DNA from: Dicyema japonicum
Taxonomy: Eukaryota; Animalia; Dicyemida
DNA length: 64,000 nt
NCBI GenBank assembly: GCA_011109175.1
Contig: RDEW01000030.1
Span: 180,094-244,093 of the forward strand
Reading direction: 5' to 3'
Within the stretch, counting starts at the first letter, position 1, and every line of letters begins with the position of its first letter. The position numbers and the translations under genes were made by a program. Under the pieces are notes generated by a model. It did not search any database and had not been told where the DNA came from. It saw only the letters and a program-made list of their open reading frames with translations. This document shows, in pieces, positions 12,195-24,539 of the stretch.

Positions 12195-12790
12195 CATTAT
12201 TCCAATCTTTTGTCTTAGCCATAACCCTTCTCGTTGATCCCTTTTCTTTCTGGCAAACAATCTCCGAGTTCTCGCAAGAACTCAGCCGTCATTGGACCAA
12301 CGGCTCCCGATGATTCGGTCGCAACAAGAGTAAATCGGTAGCGATCTCCGAGGCAAAAATATTTCTTGATTTTTAGGTTCTCCGCAGTCGAAGCTGCTGC
12401 TCCAGGTGTCTGAACCGACTTGAAAATATTCGTGCTTGAGAACGTGTCTACACAGGTTGCGTCCCAGACCAAAGATCTTCCAAACGTGAAGGGAAAAGGG
12501 TCATCCCGTCAGGTCTCTTTCCATCTCCTCGATCAAGACCCACTGGTTCAAGCTGTGCTGGGAAGTTTGTAGCCTTCAGAGCTCTGACGATCACATCGTT
12601 CAGAGCAGCATGACGTGGTCCCTTTCCGGCGCTTCTTCTGCAGGACAGCGGGTGCAATCCCTTCGTATCGACTGTTTTCCCGCATCGGCATCGGTGCTCC
12701 AGGCAAACGTCTAGTCCCAGCCTTTGTCCGATTCCAATCCTCAAAGAATCGTCGTCCAAAAAGGTCCCGAGGTTTGGGCAAGGTATTGCA
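12195..12790 (-). mobile_element. CRE-clade retrotransposon 3' part
   Basis: CLEHRCRCG...HPLSC...RHAALNDVI...[11 protein letters not shown]...WDATCVDT; 3' part closely similar to 22270-22520. Confidence 0.9.
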
Positions 12791-13127
12791 CCAAGCCATT
12801 CATTATAATTAAAAATTATTCTATACTTAAAGTCGTCAAATATACTGATGAAATCTAAAGTCTACTGATGAAATCTGGTCAGAGGTTGTTGTATTTGGTT
12901 ATTTAAAGTTCTCGAATACTAATCATTCAATGGGGAATCTTATAATTTTGAATGCAAAAAGGTGTATGCAGATGCCACATTGTGAATCAGATTAGCCAGA
13001 GAGAATGGAAAAACTGTGATCTTGTCTATGGGAATCCCATAATCACGATTTTGGAAAAAGAGTTAAAAATGCAGAATACCTTGACTACTTAAGAGAGAAA
13101 ACAAAAAAAGAGCTACTTGAAAGAGGA

Positions 13128-13471
13128 TAATAATAATAATAATAATAATAAAGCCTTTTCACGAGAGCCATAGTATTTATAGCTCCGCATAGGCAGGACA
13201 CACACTTTATTTAAGTAAAGAACAGTTAATTTTAACTAATCGTAGAACCAAGGAATGATCTTCATTTCTTTTTTTCTTTTTCTTGTGTAGTGTCCTTTCT
13301 AGACAATCCAGTTCCGCAGTGAGTATTCACTGATGACGGCGTCACTCGTCAAACCCTTTCTGCATCGTAGATGCGTGGAACCTTCCACCAGGTGAACAGC
13401 AGCGAGATTCGAACCCGTAGCCTAAGCCACTTAAGCCCGACACCTAACCACTAACCACTAAGCCACCCGGC
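13128..13471 (-). mobile_element. SINE family B, full length with (TAA)n tail and 13-bp TSD
   Basis: Reverse complement of 11093-11410; GAAAGAGGATAAT on both flanks. Confidence 0.9.
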
Positions 13472-13849
13472 TAATTACGAAATTATTGTGAAAGAGGATA
13501 ATTTACGAAATTATTGTGAACGTGCTTGGAGACTTAAAATAAAAGAAAAACAACGAGAAATTAATAGCAGTTAAAGAACAGGAATATTCCATTGGTTATC
13601 ATATTTCGGCATTTAAAAAATGTGATGAGTCCAATGATTGTAAGTGTTAAAAAAAGAACATAATTCCTATAATTAGATAATTTTTTGAATTATTAGAATT
13701 TGTATTTTTTTCTATGAGTTACTTTTTCAAAACACTGCGACTCTAAAATTCAGGAAAACCTTTTCCAGTATAACTGAATTTCGAATGATCCGAAGATCAT
13801 AATCATATACAAAAAGGTACCCAGGAAACACAGAGTAAAGTAAATAATA

Positions 13850-14010
13850 AACAACTTATTAAGTGTATCCAGTTTACACTGTCACGGAAACAGTTTTTCC
13901 AATGTCACAAGTCTCTCCAGAAGCAGCATAAAAGGTAGAAGACGTTCATTCTTTGAGTTGTGGAAACCCTCCAGTGGAATGGAAGAAAGCAAATGATCTT
14001 TTACATAGTC
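13850..14010 (-). mobile_element. SINE family A fragment
   Basis: aagtgtatccagtttacact and gtggaaaccctccagtggaatgg...aaatgatc match 56220-56350. Confidence 0.65.
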
Positions 14011-15644
14011 TGTTCAGTTCAAATGGGGGTCATATGACATGCAGGAAAAACGACTGGCAGGTACTGATGTGAGTAATGAGAAACTCAAGAAAATGACCGT
14101 AGACAAAGAAGGTACTGGTCTAAAGGGCCGAGGACCAGATGACCAAACTAACAAAAAGAGCATCATGGCTGTTATACGTTGCAGCTCAAGCATTTTTATG
14201 AAGTCTTCGCTCGGAATCTCGCTGCGGCAGATGTCCCACTTGAGAACCGTAGATTTACCCGCTAGATCCCTCATAGTAAGTTTAATGGAGTAGTGTTAAC
14301 CTGTATCAATACGTCTGTGGCTTATGCGGTGGAGGCTAAGCCACTAGCGTTACTGGGTGACATCAGTAGCAAATTACTCATGACATTTAATTTCCCTGCA
14401 CCATAATTATAGCCTTCGGTGAATTCGCAAACATTCTTTATCCAAGTAAGGGCATATAATTCAAAATAAACCTTATTTATGATTACGCTTGCTTAAAGTT
14501 CTTGAATTTCCTTGCGTTCATCGGTTAAAAATGAGCAAATCTCATTGATATAAGGAGATATGGAGAGTTAAATTATTCTGATTCATTTACATTCACTAAG
14601 TTATGAAATAATATTTTCGTTATTATTTATTAGTCTTCTAAATTTTCATTTGTTGATATATTTATTAATTTTCTCATAGACTATGCTGAACTCACTACGT
14701 TTCTAGAAAATACCCATGCATCAGGTCAGTTTTTTCCCGCCTGTAGAGTCGACGGTTTGAAGTGTCAAAAATTCATTCAATGCGAATAGCCTGGGTCCTG
14801 TCATCATGTTTGACATCAATATTTCAATAATATCTGAATTTATGTTCAGGATAATATCCTAGGAATAAATCTTATTTGTAAAGACAGAATTTAAGGTTAT
14901 AGTGATCAAGCCATAGGTAAGGAAAATTTTTAGAAAAAATTGATTCTTTCTACAAGGTTAAAACCATCGATGATAACTCTCAAAGATTGGTGAAACTCTT
15001 TAAACGTGGATTACTTTTTTGAGATTTTATTCTCTCACTACTACGTTATAAATCCTTTTACGTGAAAAATTAATTGAAAATATCATGTTCGGCCAAGAAT
15101 CAGCCACTTAAACAAAGACCTAACATGAACATTTGATCACGAAAAACTAATAAATTCTTAATTAAATAAAAAGAAAAAATTATTCGAAAAGCTGAGGGCA
15201 AAACCAAAATAGCTAATTGATCCTGACACGTTTCAGCAATTCTAAAAGTCGTCTCGAGATAACGAAATTATCTGCCAGGGAAAGAATAGTGAGAACCTTG
15301 TGAATGACGGCCAAGCATTTGGCGTATTTTTGGGCAGATTCCTGGAATTTCTTGATTTGCAACATTTTTCATTACATAGAACAAGACCCATTATTATTAT
15401 GATCAACAACATAGAATCATAAGTTATAATTCTATTCGTGCTGCATCTCGATGATCCTAGTATCTCACTCTCTCTCTTGTTCGAAGAAAGGTTCCACAGA
15501 TACTGTGGTCTTCATCTTTCCTTTGTGTTATGTTTATTGTCTCAGGTCAGTCCGGTTACTATTTTAATAAAAACCGTGTTTTAGCATTCTTCGGACATTT
15601 TAGTAAACTCTCAGTTATTTCAGTAAAATAGTAAAACCGCAATT

Positions 15645-15790
15645 TTTGCGAGAGCCATATTACCTATAGCTCAGCCCAGGCAGGACACATAGTTTATTAA
15701 AATAACAACAGTTATGATAACTAATCATAGAAAAGGAGAACCAAGGAATACTCTTAACTTATTTTTTTTCTATTTGTTGTTAGTTATTTA
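15645..15790 (-). mobile_element. SINE family B, diverged 3' fragment
   Basis: gagagccatattacctatagctc...gcaggacac...accaaggaa. Confidence 0.65.
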
Positions 15791-16029
15791 GTTAAATAAC
15801 CAGCAACTGTTAAGTAGGAGACAGCAAATACCGGTCGCTCCCATAAATCGGTCAACTTTGACATTTTAGAAGAACAGCGTATAGTTCAGGACATCCAAAA
15901 AGATGATTTGCTGTCAACTCGAAAAGGTCGCAAAGGGAACAGAGAAAATTTACATCATCAGTTTACGTACGTCGAAAGAGAGTGGTGATACCTACATCGT
16001 AGAACTCCCATTGAGTGCTCAGCATTGGA

Positions 16030-16130
16030 AGCAAACTCGCCTCAAAAGGTGTGAGCCACGGGAGAGGCTCTGGTTGAGGCAGAGGCTCGAAATGGCAATT
16101 ATCAGAGGTAAAGCCTTCGCCATTCTGTCG
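16030..16130 (+). mobile_element. CRE 3' end fragment
   Basis: EPRERLWLRQRLEMAIIRGKAFAIL. Confidence 0.7.
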
Positions 16131-16134
16131 TTCT

Positions 16135-17000
16135 ATTATTATTATTAGCACTTTCACGAGAGCCATAATATTTATAGCCCCGCATGTGCAGCAAAAATAT
16201 AAGAGAATTAGTTAGGTTGCTCCAAGCTCTTCTGTTCTTGCTAGGGTCCCTCAGTGAGTCCAGATCGTACCAGATGCCAATGTTTCTTCACGGCTTTCAG
16301 ATCGTTTTGTAGAACGACCGGGAGGGTAGTTCTCGGTCTTCCACGAAAGCGTTTTACATTAGAGGAGTAGTAATCTTCCATTGCGATATTCGGAGGGGAT
16401 ATCGGGTCCAACCTCAGGACGTGTCTAAAAAGTCTCCAACGAGAGCTAATGATCTCGTGGCTTAATGGTATACAGTCACACTTATTGTACAGTCCATTCC
16501 GCGAGATCTTGGATTGTTGATAATGCTGCGTAGAATTCATCCAGTTCGGTCGGGTTTTTGCCACTTTTCCACAGTGGTGGTTCATATACATTATAATCGT
16601 TAGTGTATTTTTAGGGGAACATTGATTGTTCAAGTGGATCTGTATTACGCAGATCCTGTCATTCACCCGCCAAATGCGACTGATGTCAGATGATAGTTTT
16701 CTGTGAATGGCGAATCCAAGACCATAGTGTTTTGAGTCATTAGGTAGACCTAATAGACGATATCTTCCGTGGTTTTCATCGAGATAGTACGTAATTTTCG
16801 TCTCTTGTATACAGCCAATAGAAACGTTATATCTTTCTAGGTCATCACAGAGAGTATTTCTTGACTGAGGATTAGATATTCCTCTAGAATTGAATGTAAG
16901 AAACTTTAGGGCAAGCATATTCTTTTGTATCTTCTGCTTTCTAGACATTTTTCTTATCCGTTGTACAGAGAAGAAACAAGGCATGTCATCACTCACCAAA
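16135..17000 (-). mobile_element. Internally deleted RTE LINE (APE N-half joined to the RT C-terminal domain in one ORF)
   Basis: ORF 16241-16999: FLTFNSRG, CIQETK, YGLGFAI, VNDRICVI, then RWRLFRHVLR...RGRPRTTL; RTE tail gtgaaagtgc(taa)n. Confidence 0.85.
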
Positions 17001-17074
17001 AATTTACATAATCATTTTTAAATGAAATAATATTTATTATTATTAATCAATATTTGATTATAATATTAATAGTT

Positions 17075-17180
17075 AAAATGGCTAACTGGCTTAATGGTTA
17101 GTTAGCTAAACAATGGCTTAATGATTAGTTAACTGGCTTAATGGTTAGTTAGCTCTTAACTAACTAACTAGCTAAACAAT
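17075..17180. repeat. Short imperfect tandem repeats of aactggcttaatggttagttag
   Basis: Unit or subunit repeated about 4 times. Confidence 0.7.
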
Positions 17181-18547
17181 GTTGGTCCATGACCGCCCAT
17201 AAAAGGAAACGGGTTGTCAATTTTTCGTAACATTTTTAACTTCATCTTGTCGGTCTGGAATCACATACATAGTTAGCTGAGGATATTGTAGTGACTCAGT
17301 AATGGATATGAGTTTTTATAGTCGCTCACTCAGTTTCTTCGATACATTAAATTAGCTTTTTCATTTATGGAAGTCTATTTAATATCAAATTTATAGTCAA
17401 CATTCTCGGCGCATTGACACCAGTTATCTCCCAGAATATAAAATATTAGCGTACTACGTATTCCATATTTAGGTAACTATCACAATGTGGATTACTTTTA
17501 CCAACTTTATGCTCTCTGCTTTCTTTATCGTCTGAGAGTAGAATAGTGAAGACCTACTATATTTTAATTGTATTATTCTAAACACTTAAGATGGATTGAG
17601 CAAAGTGGTAAATCATTGAAGTAAAGATCAGTAAGATATTACTATTAGCGACAATCATACTAATTCTATGGGTTGACACAATAGCAGATGCTCCAAATTA
17701 GATAGTACGTTAGTATAGGAAGATTTTTCAGTTTATAGCAGTATTGTGATTTTGTGCCTTTTCGAATAGAGCAGCACCATGTGATCCATCTATTTCAGGT
17801 GGCACCTAGTGGCAGGTTGGCACTAAAGGATCATTTTCACCTCCCCACTCCACTGGAAGGGTTCACTCAATCACGTGATTCTTACACGCTACAGCATTGA
17901 TTTCATTTGCCATATGTTTTTCCCTCGAGACCCTATAGGCATTTATTGCCCTTGGTACCAGATGATCATAGTTACACAGGCGCGTCTCAATGTTCTTACA
18001 AATAAGGGATTCCAGAAAAGTTTGTGAGGAAAATTTCTTTCCAGAAGTTCATCGATCGTCACTCTGAACGCCCTTTTCTGGATAACTTCGATCTTCATGG
18101 CATTTGCCAAGGAGATAGATGGACCCACAAAGAATATGAGTAATCAATTCATGTTTCCATGTATTGCTTGTTTATTGTTTTCAGGACAGAATGGTTTCCG
18201 ATTTTCCATAGCCTACTTGCCCTAAGTTTTTTCAATAACTCAGGATATACCATAAACATATTTTATCCAGTTATCCCGGCAGGAATAAGACGCATCTTTT
18301 TCAAGCATCACGACCAACCATATCCGGCATTATGGAGATCCTCCACTGGAGTGGGGAAGATAGGGATCATTTTTTATGCCTAACAGTCACAGGAGGGCTT
18401 TTGAGTTAAATGGATGACGCCTTCATGTCCCGAAGTAGAGTTAATATTTAAGATTACCAACATTGAGCATATCTAGTTTGATAAAAAAATTAATCATATA
18501 AATATTTGAATTTTCCCGCTCTGTTTTATTTCTTGTGTGGCTTATAA

Positions 18548-19347
18548 ATGGGGGATGAATACTCGGAGATAATACCTCTTTGTCAAAAGGCGGGGGTATT
18601 AAGTGTACCAAAAATTCTCAAGTTGTTCATTCTTATTTTAAGCAGAAAAACCCAAGAAATACTTTCAATCATGCAAATCAAGGGGAACCCTCACATAAAT
18701 GGTCGAAATGCAACGAACATCCGCATTGCTTGCGCTCTCCTGATCGCAGCACGTGATCTTCAAATCACAACAAACTCAGTAATTCTAAATTTTAGTTTTG
18801 GTTTCCCTCGCCTCATCCTGTGGCCTGAAAGTTAGCAAACTCAACTCCATCGTTTCCATCACTCAGAATCGTCTCGACTTGTCCGTAAAGGAGCAAAGCA
18901 TCGAGGAACTCTGCATAATTCTCGACTGCACAAACGTGATCCCTCTGGCTACTAAAATATACTCAAAGTACACGTGGTTATTATTCTATGATTCATCAAT
19001 CTGAAAAATAGCTCAAAGACTTTCATCGCTGATCACAAAGCCTATTTGGTTGGGTCGATTTATTTGGCCTGCAGGAAGTCAAGGTTGAAGGTTCAAAGAG
19101 ATCGTTTCGCGTCCATCGCCAACTGCAAGCTTTCATTCTTCAAGTCTGTCTTTCAAGAATTGAATGATACTCTTTCAGCTGGTAAAATACTCATGTATGA
19201 CTTTCAGAGATTCAGAACAACCTTGTAAGAAAAATTGACGAAGATCATGATGTCTGCGTCGATCGTGAAGAAGACAAGAAGACCTTGGTAGAAGATTTTG
19301 AGGATTGGAAGAGGAGGATGATAGAGGAAGACCCTGCTGTTATTTGA
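18548..19347 (+). CDS. ORC6: Origin recognition complex subunit 6; 5 exons; two acceptors non-canonical or mis-assembled
   Basis: ACALLIAA, SCGLK, SIEELCIILDC, YLVGSIYLACRKSRLKV and terminal EDFEDWKRRMIEE (compare human QDYEEWKRKILEN); introns 21, 22, 23 and 26 nt. Confidence 0.88.
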
Positions 19348-19439
19348 TTATTTGTGTTTATTATTAACTTTTTTAGAAGGAAAACAATTTATTTAAAAAA
19401 ATTAAATAATTATTTTCCGTGTGAATATTAGAAAATCGT

Positions 19440-20100
19440 CATTCCGTCTGGTCTCTTGCCATCATCACGATCCAGCCCAACAGGCTCCAGTTGAGCTGTG
19501 AATCCTGCTGCCTCGAGGGTTCGCAGAATAACATTATTCAATACGATGTGACGAGGTAAACGACCTGCACTCAATTTGCAAGACAAAGGATGTAGTCATT
19601 TGGTGTCAACTGTTCCTCCACAACGGCATCTGTGTTTCTGGCAGACGTCAAGTCCCAATCGTTGTGCTATTCCGATTCTCACACAGTCGTCGTCCATAAG
19701 AGTTCCGAAAGAAGCGCATGGAAATGCGTGGAGCCATGAATCATTTTCACGTTATGCAGCAGATAGCAAACAGGCAAGCCGGTGTTGGTTCGACTTTTGC
19801 TTTAGGCTATCAACGATAGCCTTGCAGGAAATTGCGTCTCATTTGTTCTGATTCGAGACATACTATTAACTAATTCGGGTATTAATAATGTTGCCCCCTG
19901 ATGGTAGACGATAATAATCTTACAGGTCCCTCGACGATTGAGGATGAGTCGACTCATAGAAATCATCTTGGGAATCGGATTTCTGCATGAACTGTAGATC
20001 CCCGTGAGCGAATATCGCTCTCCGTCCTTAAAAGGAATAGCCACAATGTCACGGCGACGTTGTTTGACCATTTGTTCACTTTATGTAGTCTGTAGAACTT
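19440..20100 (-). mobile_element. Degenerate CRE-clade fragment
   Basis: WLHAFPCASFGTLMDDDCVRIGIAQRLGLDVCQKHRCRCG...RHIVLN. Confidence 0.8.
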
Positions 20101-20254
20101 TAAAAACAACGGGGAGACGTCGATAATATCCACAAAGAAGTAAAACGGATTAACTAATAATTAGAGAAACCGATGGTCAATAAGCCAACTTAAGTTATTT
20201 GTTTAATTTTTTTTAAAGAACAAAAATTTATTAACAATAAAATATTATTTATTA

Positions 20255-21700
20255 ACTATGAGGGAGAGCGGCTGCTGACATCACGGAGTAAGCGTTTCCG
20301 CGAATAACAGCGATACCAATTTTTGCCTCAGCCAGACCGCTTCCCGCACGTCTTTCTTGCGGTGGGCCAATTTTCCCCCGATTTCCTTTAGGAAAGAGGC
20401 TGTAATACTTCCAGCCGCACCAGACGTCTCGATTGCTATCGGTACAAAACGGTAGCGGTCTCCAATTTCGCCATATTTTTTAATCTTGATTTTTTCGGCC
20501 AGATCGGCTGCCGATCCAGCAGACTGCGCCGAGCTGAGCATCATCGAGTTCGAGAAAGAATCCACAACAGTGCAGTCCCATACGAGCGATTTTCCCTCAG
20601 TGAACGGAAAGACAGTTAACCCATCCGGTCTTTTCCCATCTCCGCGGTCCAATCCCACAGGTTCCAATACTGCCGGGAAGCCTGCCGCTTCAAGAGCTCG
20701 CAAGACAATGTTGTTCATAGCAGCATGGCGGGGTGCTCTGCCCGCACTCCTTTTGCACGAGAGCGGGTGCACCTTTGGCATCGACGATCCCTCCACAGCG
20801 ACATTGGTGTTCGACGCAAACATCAGCTCCCAGGCGTTGTGCGATTCCAATCCGAATACAGTCATCGTCCAATAGGGTCCCCAGGGAGGAAGACGGGAGT
20901 GCATCCAGCCACGCTCCGCTCCCATGGTTGGCGGCGGACACGAGGCATGCAAGACGATGCTGGTTGGCCTCAGACTTTAGCACGTCGAAGATATTCTTGG
21001 AGTAAATATCATCCCAGTCACGTTGCCTCGAAGGATCGTTCGGCATATCCAAACCAGTTTCACACCATTCGCAACGAGCTTCGTCGAAGACTTTTTCCCA
21101 AGAGAGTCCGGTTTAATACGTAGGATTTCTTGGACCAAAAGGCTTCCACTTGAGAGCGATGACACATATGCTGGATAGGCGATCTCCAGCGCCGACCTGA
21201 GACCCGTTCCTCCGAGGCGTGTAGGAAGCTTGCATTGGTTCCAACTCGGCCATCAAAGTGGATGTTTAGAAGCAATTCAGCTGATTTTCTCAATGTCCTA
21301 TCCAGTGACAGGAGGATGTCACGATGTTTGAAGCAGGGAGAACATCGGAGAGCGTATAGGAGTTTGGGCAAGCCGATGCTATTCTTCAAAAGGAAGAACG
21401 CTGTATGAGCATTGAGTAAGGAGAGTTTCTCCGTGACTCTAGAGAGTTCATCCTCTTTTGTTTGTAGATGGCACCGCAGTTCCTTTTCGCCAAGTGGGCA
21501 CCCAAGAAAGTATGCCCTCTCCCGAGGTGAGATAGTAATCCCAGGTAATATCGAGTTGAAAGACTTGACGACGTCGATGAAATCACTCTCCGGATATGTG
21601 ATATTTATTAGCTCCGATTTCTTTATATTTATATCAAGTCCGAGTTTTCGTAGCGCAGGCACGGCATGTGTTTGTTTAATTTGATTGTAAAATAATATTA
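20255..21700 (-). mobile_element. CRE-clade retrotransposon: RT C-half, CCHC finger and RLE (frameshifted)
   Basis: ORFs 21060-21806, 20690-21052 and 20281-20952: YFLGCPLG, PKLLYALRCSPCF, WLDALPSSSLG, GKRPDGLTVFP, WDCTVVDS, PIAIETSG. Confidence 0.92.
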
Positions 21701-22199
21701 AGCAATATACAGTTAAACCTCTCGAATCCGCAGATTTTGGGACTGGCCAAAAATCGGCGGCATACCAAATTGTAGGTTCAATGTACTGCTTGTATAGGGT
21801 ATCCAATCCATTTAGGCCTTTGAAGTCTCTTAGATTTCCCAGAAAGCCTTCATGAAGTTAATCTTTCTGTACAAGCCGTTACTACCCTTTCAATATATGT
21901 TAAAAGATTAAGAAGGTGTCGAAGATAATTCCAACAATCTTCTAGGTTTTGTTTTGCAGGATAGTTTCCCATCTAACTTGAGTCAATTAATAGCTTCCCC
22001 AGTCTCCTTTTTGACGTGAAAAGGTAACGTGAAAATGACTTTTCCGGACTTGCTCTCAATTGGTTTTCATAAAAGCAGAAACACAGATTATTCAGGCTGT
22101 CGTTAATTGTTGTTGTAATGCCGAAAATCAAAATTTCCGATTCTAAAAGAATTTTTTCTATCTTTAATTTTTTTTTTAATAACAAAAATTTTTTTTAAC

Positions 22200-22520
22200 A
22201 ATTAAACAAATGTCAGTTGAGAAAGCCTGCTGCGTGGATTGACGAAACGAGTTCCCTCGGAGTATGGCTATTCCAATCTTTTGTCTTAGCCATAACCCTT
22301 CTCGTTGATCCCTTTTCTTTCTGGCAAGCAATCCTCCGAGTTCTCGCAAGAACTCAGCCGTCATTGGACCAACGGCTCCCGATGATTCGGTCGCAACAGG
22401 AGTAAATCGGTAGCGATCCCCGAAGCAAGAATATTTCTTGATTTTTAGGTTCTCCGCAGTCGAAGCAGCTGCTCCAGGTGTCTGAACCGATTTAAAAATT
22501 TTCGTGCTTGAGAACGTGTC
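22200..22520 (-). mobile_element. CRE 3' end
   Basis: Closely similar to 12200-12450; WLRQKIGIAILRGN. Confidence 0.85.
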
Positions 22521-22629
22521 TGGAAAAAAGGTGGATAATATCTCTACAAAAACCCGGGAAAGCCAAAGATCCCCTTTACAACTTTAGACCAATAATTCTA
22601 CAAACTTCCATCATGTATTACACCGTCTG

Positions 22630-23575
22630 TCATTGCATTGAATGCATGCTTCTCCAATTCCTATGGGATGTAGAAAAGAAATCATTCTATTGTCTGAGGA
22701 AGGCAGGAATTCTGCGGGCCATCAAATCAAAGAAAACTCATATGGCCACAATCATAGAATTCCTCAACCGAAAATATAAAATTTAAGAACACGATATTCT
22801 TAAAATGGACACATTGAAAGAACTACAGCAAAAATGTTTAGTGGAACAAATACGTGCAAAACCATTGCATGGAATACTTTTACAACTGTCTTGATGATAA
22901 CAATGTTGATACAACAGAATCTTCCCGTTGGCTTTTGCATGGAAACAATTCACCCAAATCCAAAGGAATGTTGTGCCTCACTCAAGATCGTAATTTATTC
23001 TTCGATAGTGTTGGCTCTAATTGTGGTCACTGTAGCACTGCTAAAAAAGTGTTGATCATTTGGCTACAAGGTGTGGTCGAATGCTGAACAGTGACTATCT
23101 TCGCCGACACAAGCAAGTAGTGAGATGTATTCATCTGCATCTATGATATCGGATAAAACACTCGAAGAAGCTCAAAACACACTCTGTGCAATCAATAGTC
23201 GCCAATGACAATGTTGAAATTCGTATGGACACCACAATTAATAAAGAGACAAAAAATAAGCATAACAAGCCTGATGTAACTGAAGAACATGATTACACTT
23301 ATTGAGATTGGCATCACGAAGTGGGAAAATTGCAAAAATATGACCTGCTTGCAGGCGAATTGGAACTAATACATAATGCTAAGGTTAACATTGTGCCAAT
23401 AGTGCTTACCTGGATGGAATTGTATCAAGGTTTTATAAACATCACCATGCTTCGCTTATTGTGGAGAGTCCTATAAGAGCATACATCCAATCTCAAGTGA
23501 TCAAGAAGACCTTGGAGAGCATGCGAGTAGAACACAAATATGGACTACTCTTGAAGAAGGATTGATGGACGTCAC
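22630..23575 (+). mobile_element. R4/Dong/NeSL-like RLE retrotransposon 3' remnant
   Basis: QDRNLF, CGHC...VDHLATRCGRML..DYLRRH..VVRCIH, NKPD, LIEIGIT, KYDLLA, IVPIVLTW. Confidence 0.8.
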
Positions 23576-23779
23576 CATTAGAGGACTAATGAGCCAAATA
23601 TGCCACCTTGGAGAAAAACAAAATGGACAAACTAGGTCAACGAAGACTTTAGATGTTATTCAGGATGAGTCTGTGTTATTGGTTGGGTTGGGCCAAAGAG
23701 AATGAGAATGCGCTAGGGAGGATAACAATAAAGGAGCCCTTACACTAGTTAATTTATTTCATTAATATTATTATATAAT

Positions 23780-24005
23780 TTGTTGTTATTATTTGCACTT
23801 ATCGCATGTCATAGGACTTGACAAAGCATGTACAACACAAATTAGCAAATCAATAGCTAATTTCATCCACTTATTCCTATACAAAGCCACAGTGCGTAAC
23901 CAGTCAAGATCCTCTCCACTTCCAAGATGCCGTCCCATTTCTTTGAGGTCTTCGTCGAGAACGACTGGCAGTGTTGTCTTTGAGCGGCCACAGAGACAGG
24001 GGGCT
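23780..24005 (-). mobile_element. RTE LINE 3' end
   Basis: Reverse complement closely matches 61310-61530. Confidence 0.85.
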
Positions 24006-24539
24006 TATTTGTTAAGAAACTGACTTTAAGGAAGATTCCTGTAAAATAGGAAGAATGAAAACAAACGACATTTCAGCAATTTTGGAATCAACTGAAATAT
24101 TAATTCTCCGTTTGATCATTCATTCTTAATGGAATGCCAGGCAACTGAAGTGGAGAAGTCACTTTCGATTCTTCACAAAATTTTAACGAAAGATTGAAAT
24201 TTCCTACACAAAAATGTATAAAAAATTATTAACTTTTCATTTTTAGGTCAACTTTTTATACTTTCTAGGTCAACAATTTAATTTTTAAGGGCTAATTGAC
24301 TGAGAACTTTTAAAAATTCCAAAACTTTTACTTGATTTGTTAAGGAATCTTGTTGTAAGATACGAAGTATTCACTTCTAAAACGACTGTTAATGAAGTGA
24401 GAATACCACAAGTATCACTCTGAGTTTTCTAGTCTTCAGTATATTTATGAGGGATTTCCCGGCTCCCAGGAATCTTAATACAAACGTGATTATTTACGGG
24501 GACGATTTATTGAGATCGGACGTCTTGGAGAGTTCGGTG

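Noticed and set aside
12843-12877. Direct repeat tactgatgaaatct x2 (C-box or hammerhead-like)
   Set aside because: No D box or catalytic partner motif; probably a small local duplication
14318-14345. Hairpin gtggctta-gcctccaccgc-ataagccac resembling the P3/L3 region of an HDV ribozyme
   Set aside because: Simple hairpin with no room for the P2 5' strand, so no nested double pseudoknot; the neighbouring ORFs are unidentified
14640-15150. Possible multi-exon orphan gene with a 22-nt GT-AG segment
   Set aside because: No consistent reading frame or homology could be established
20486-21684. Plus-strand ORFs overlapping CRE and RTE elements (also 7689-8246, 31795-32112, 59864-60975)
   Set aside because: Antisense shadow ORFs of the more GC-rich TE coding regions
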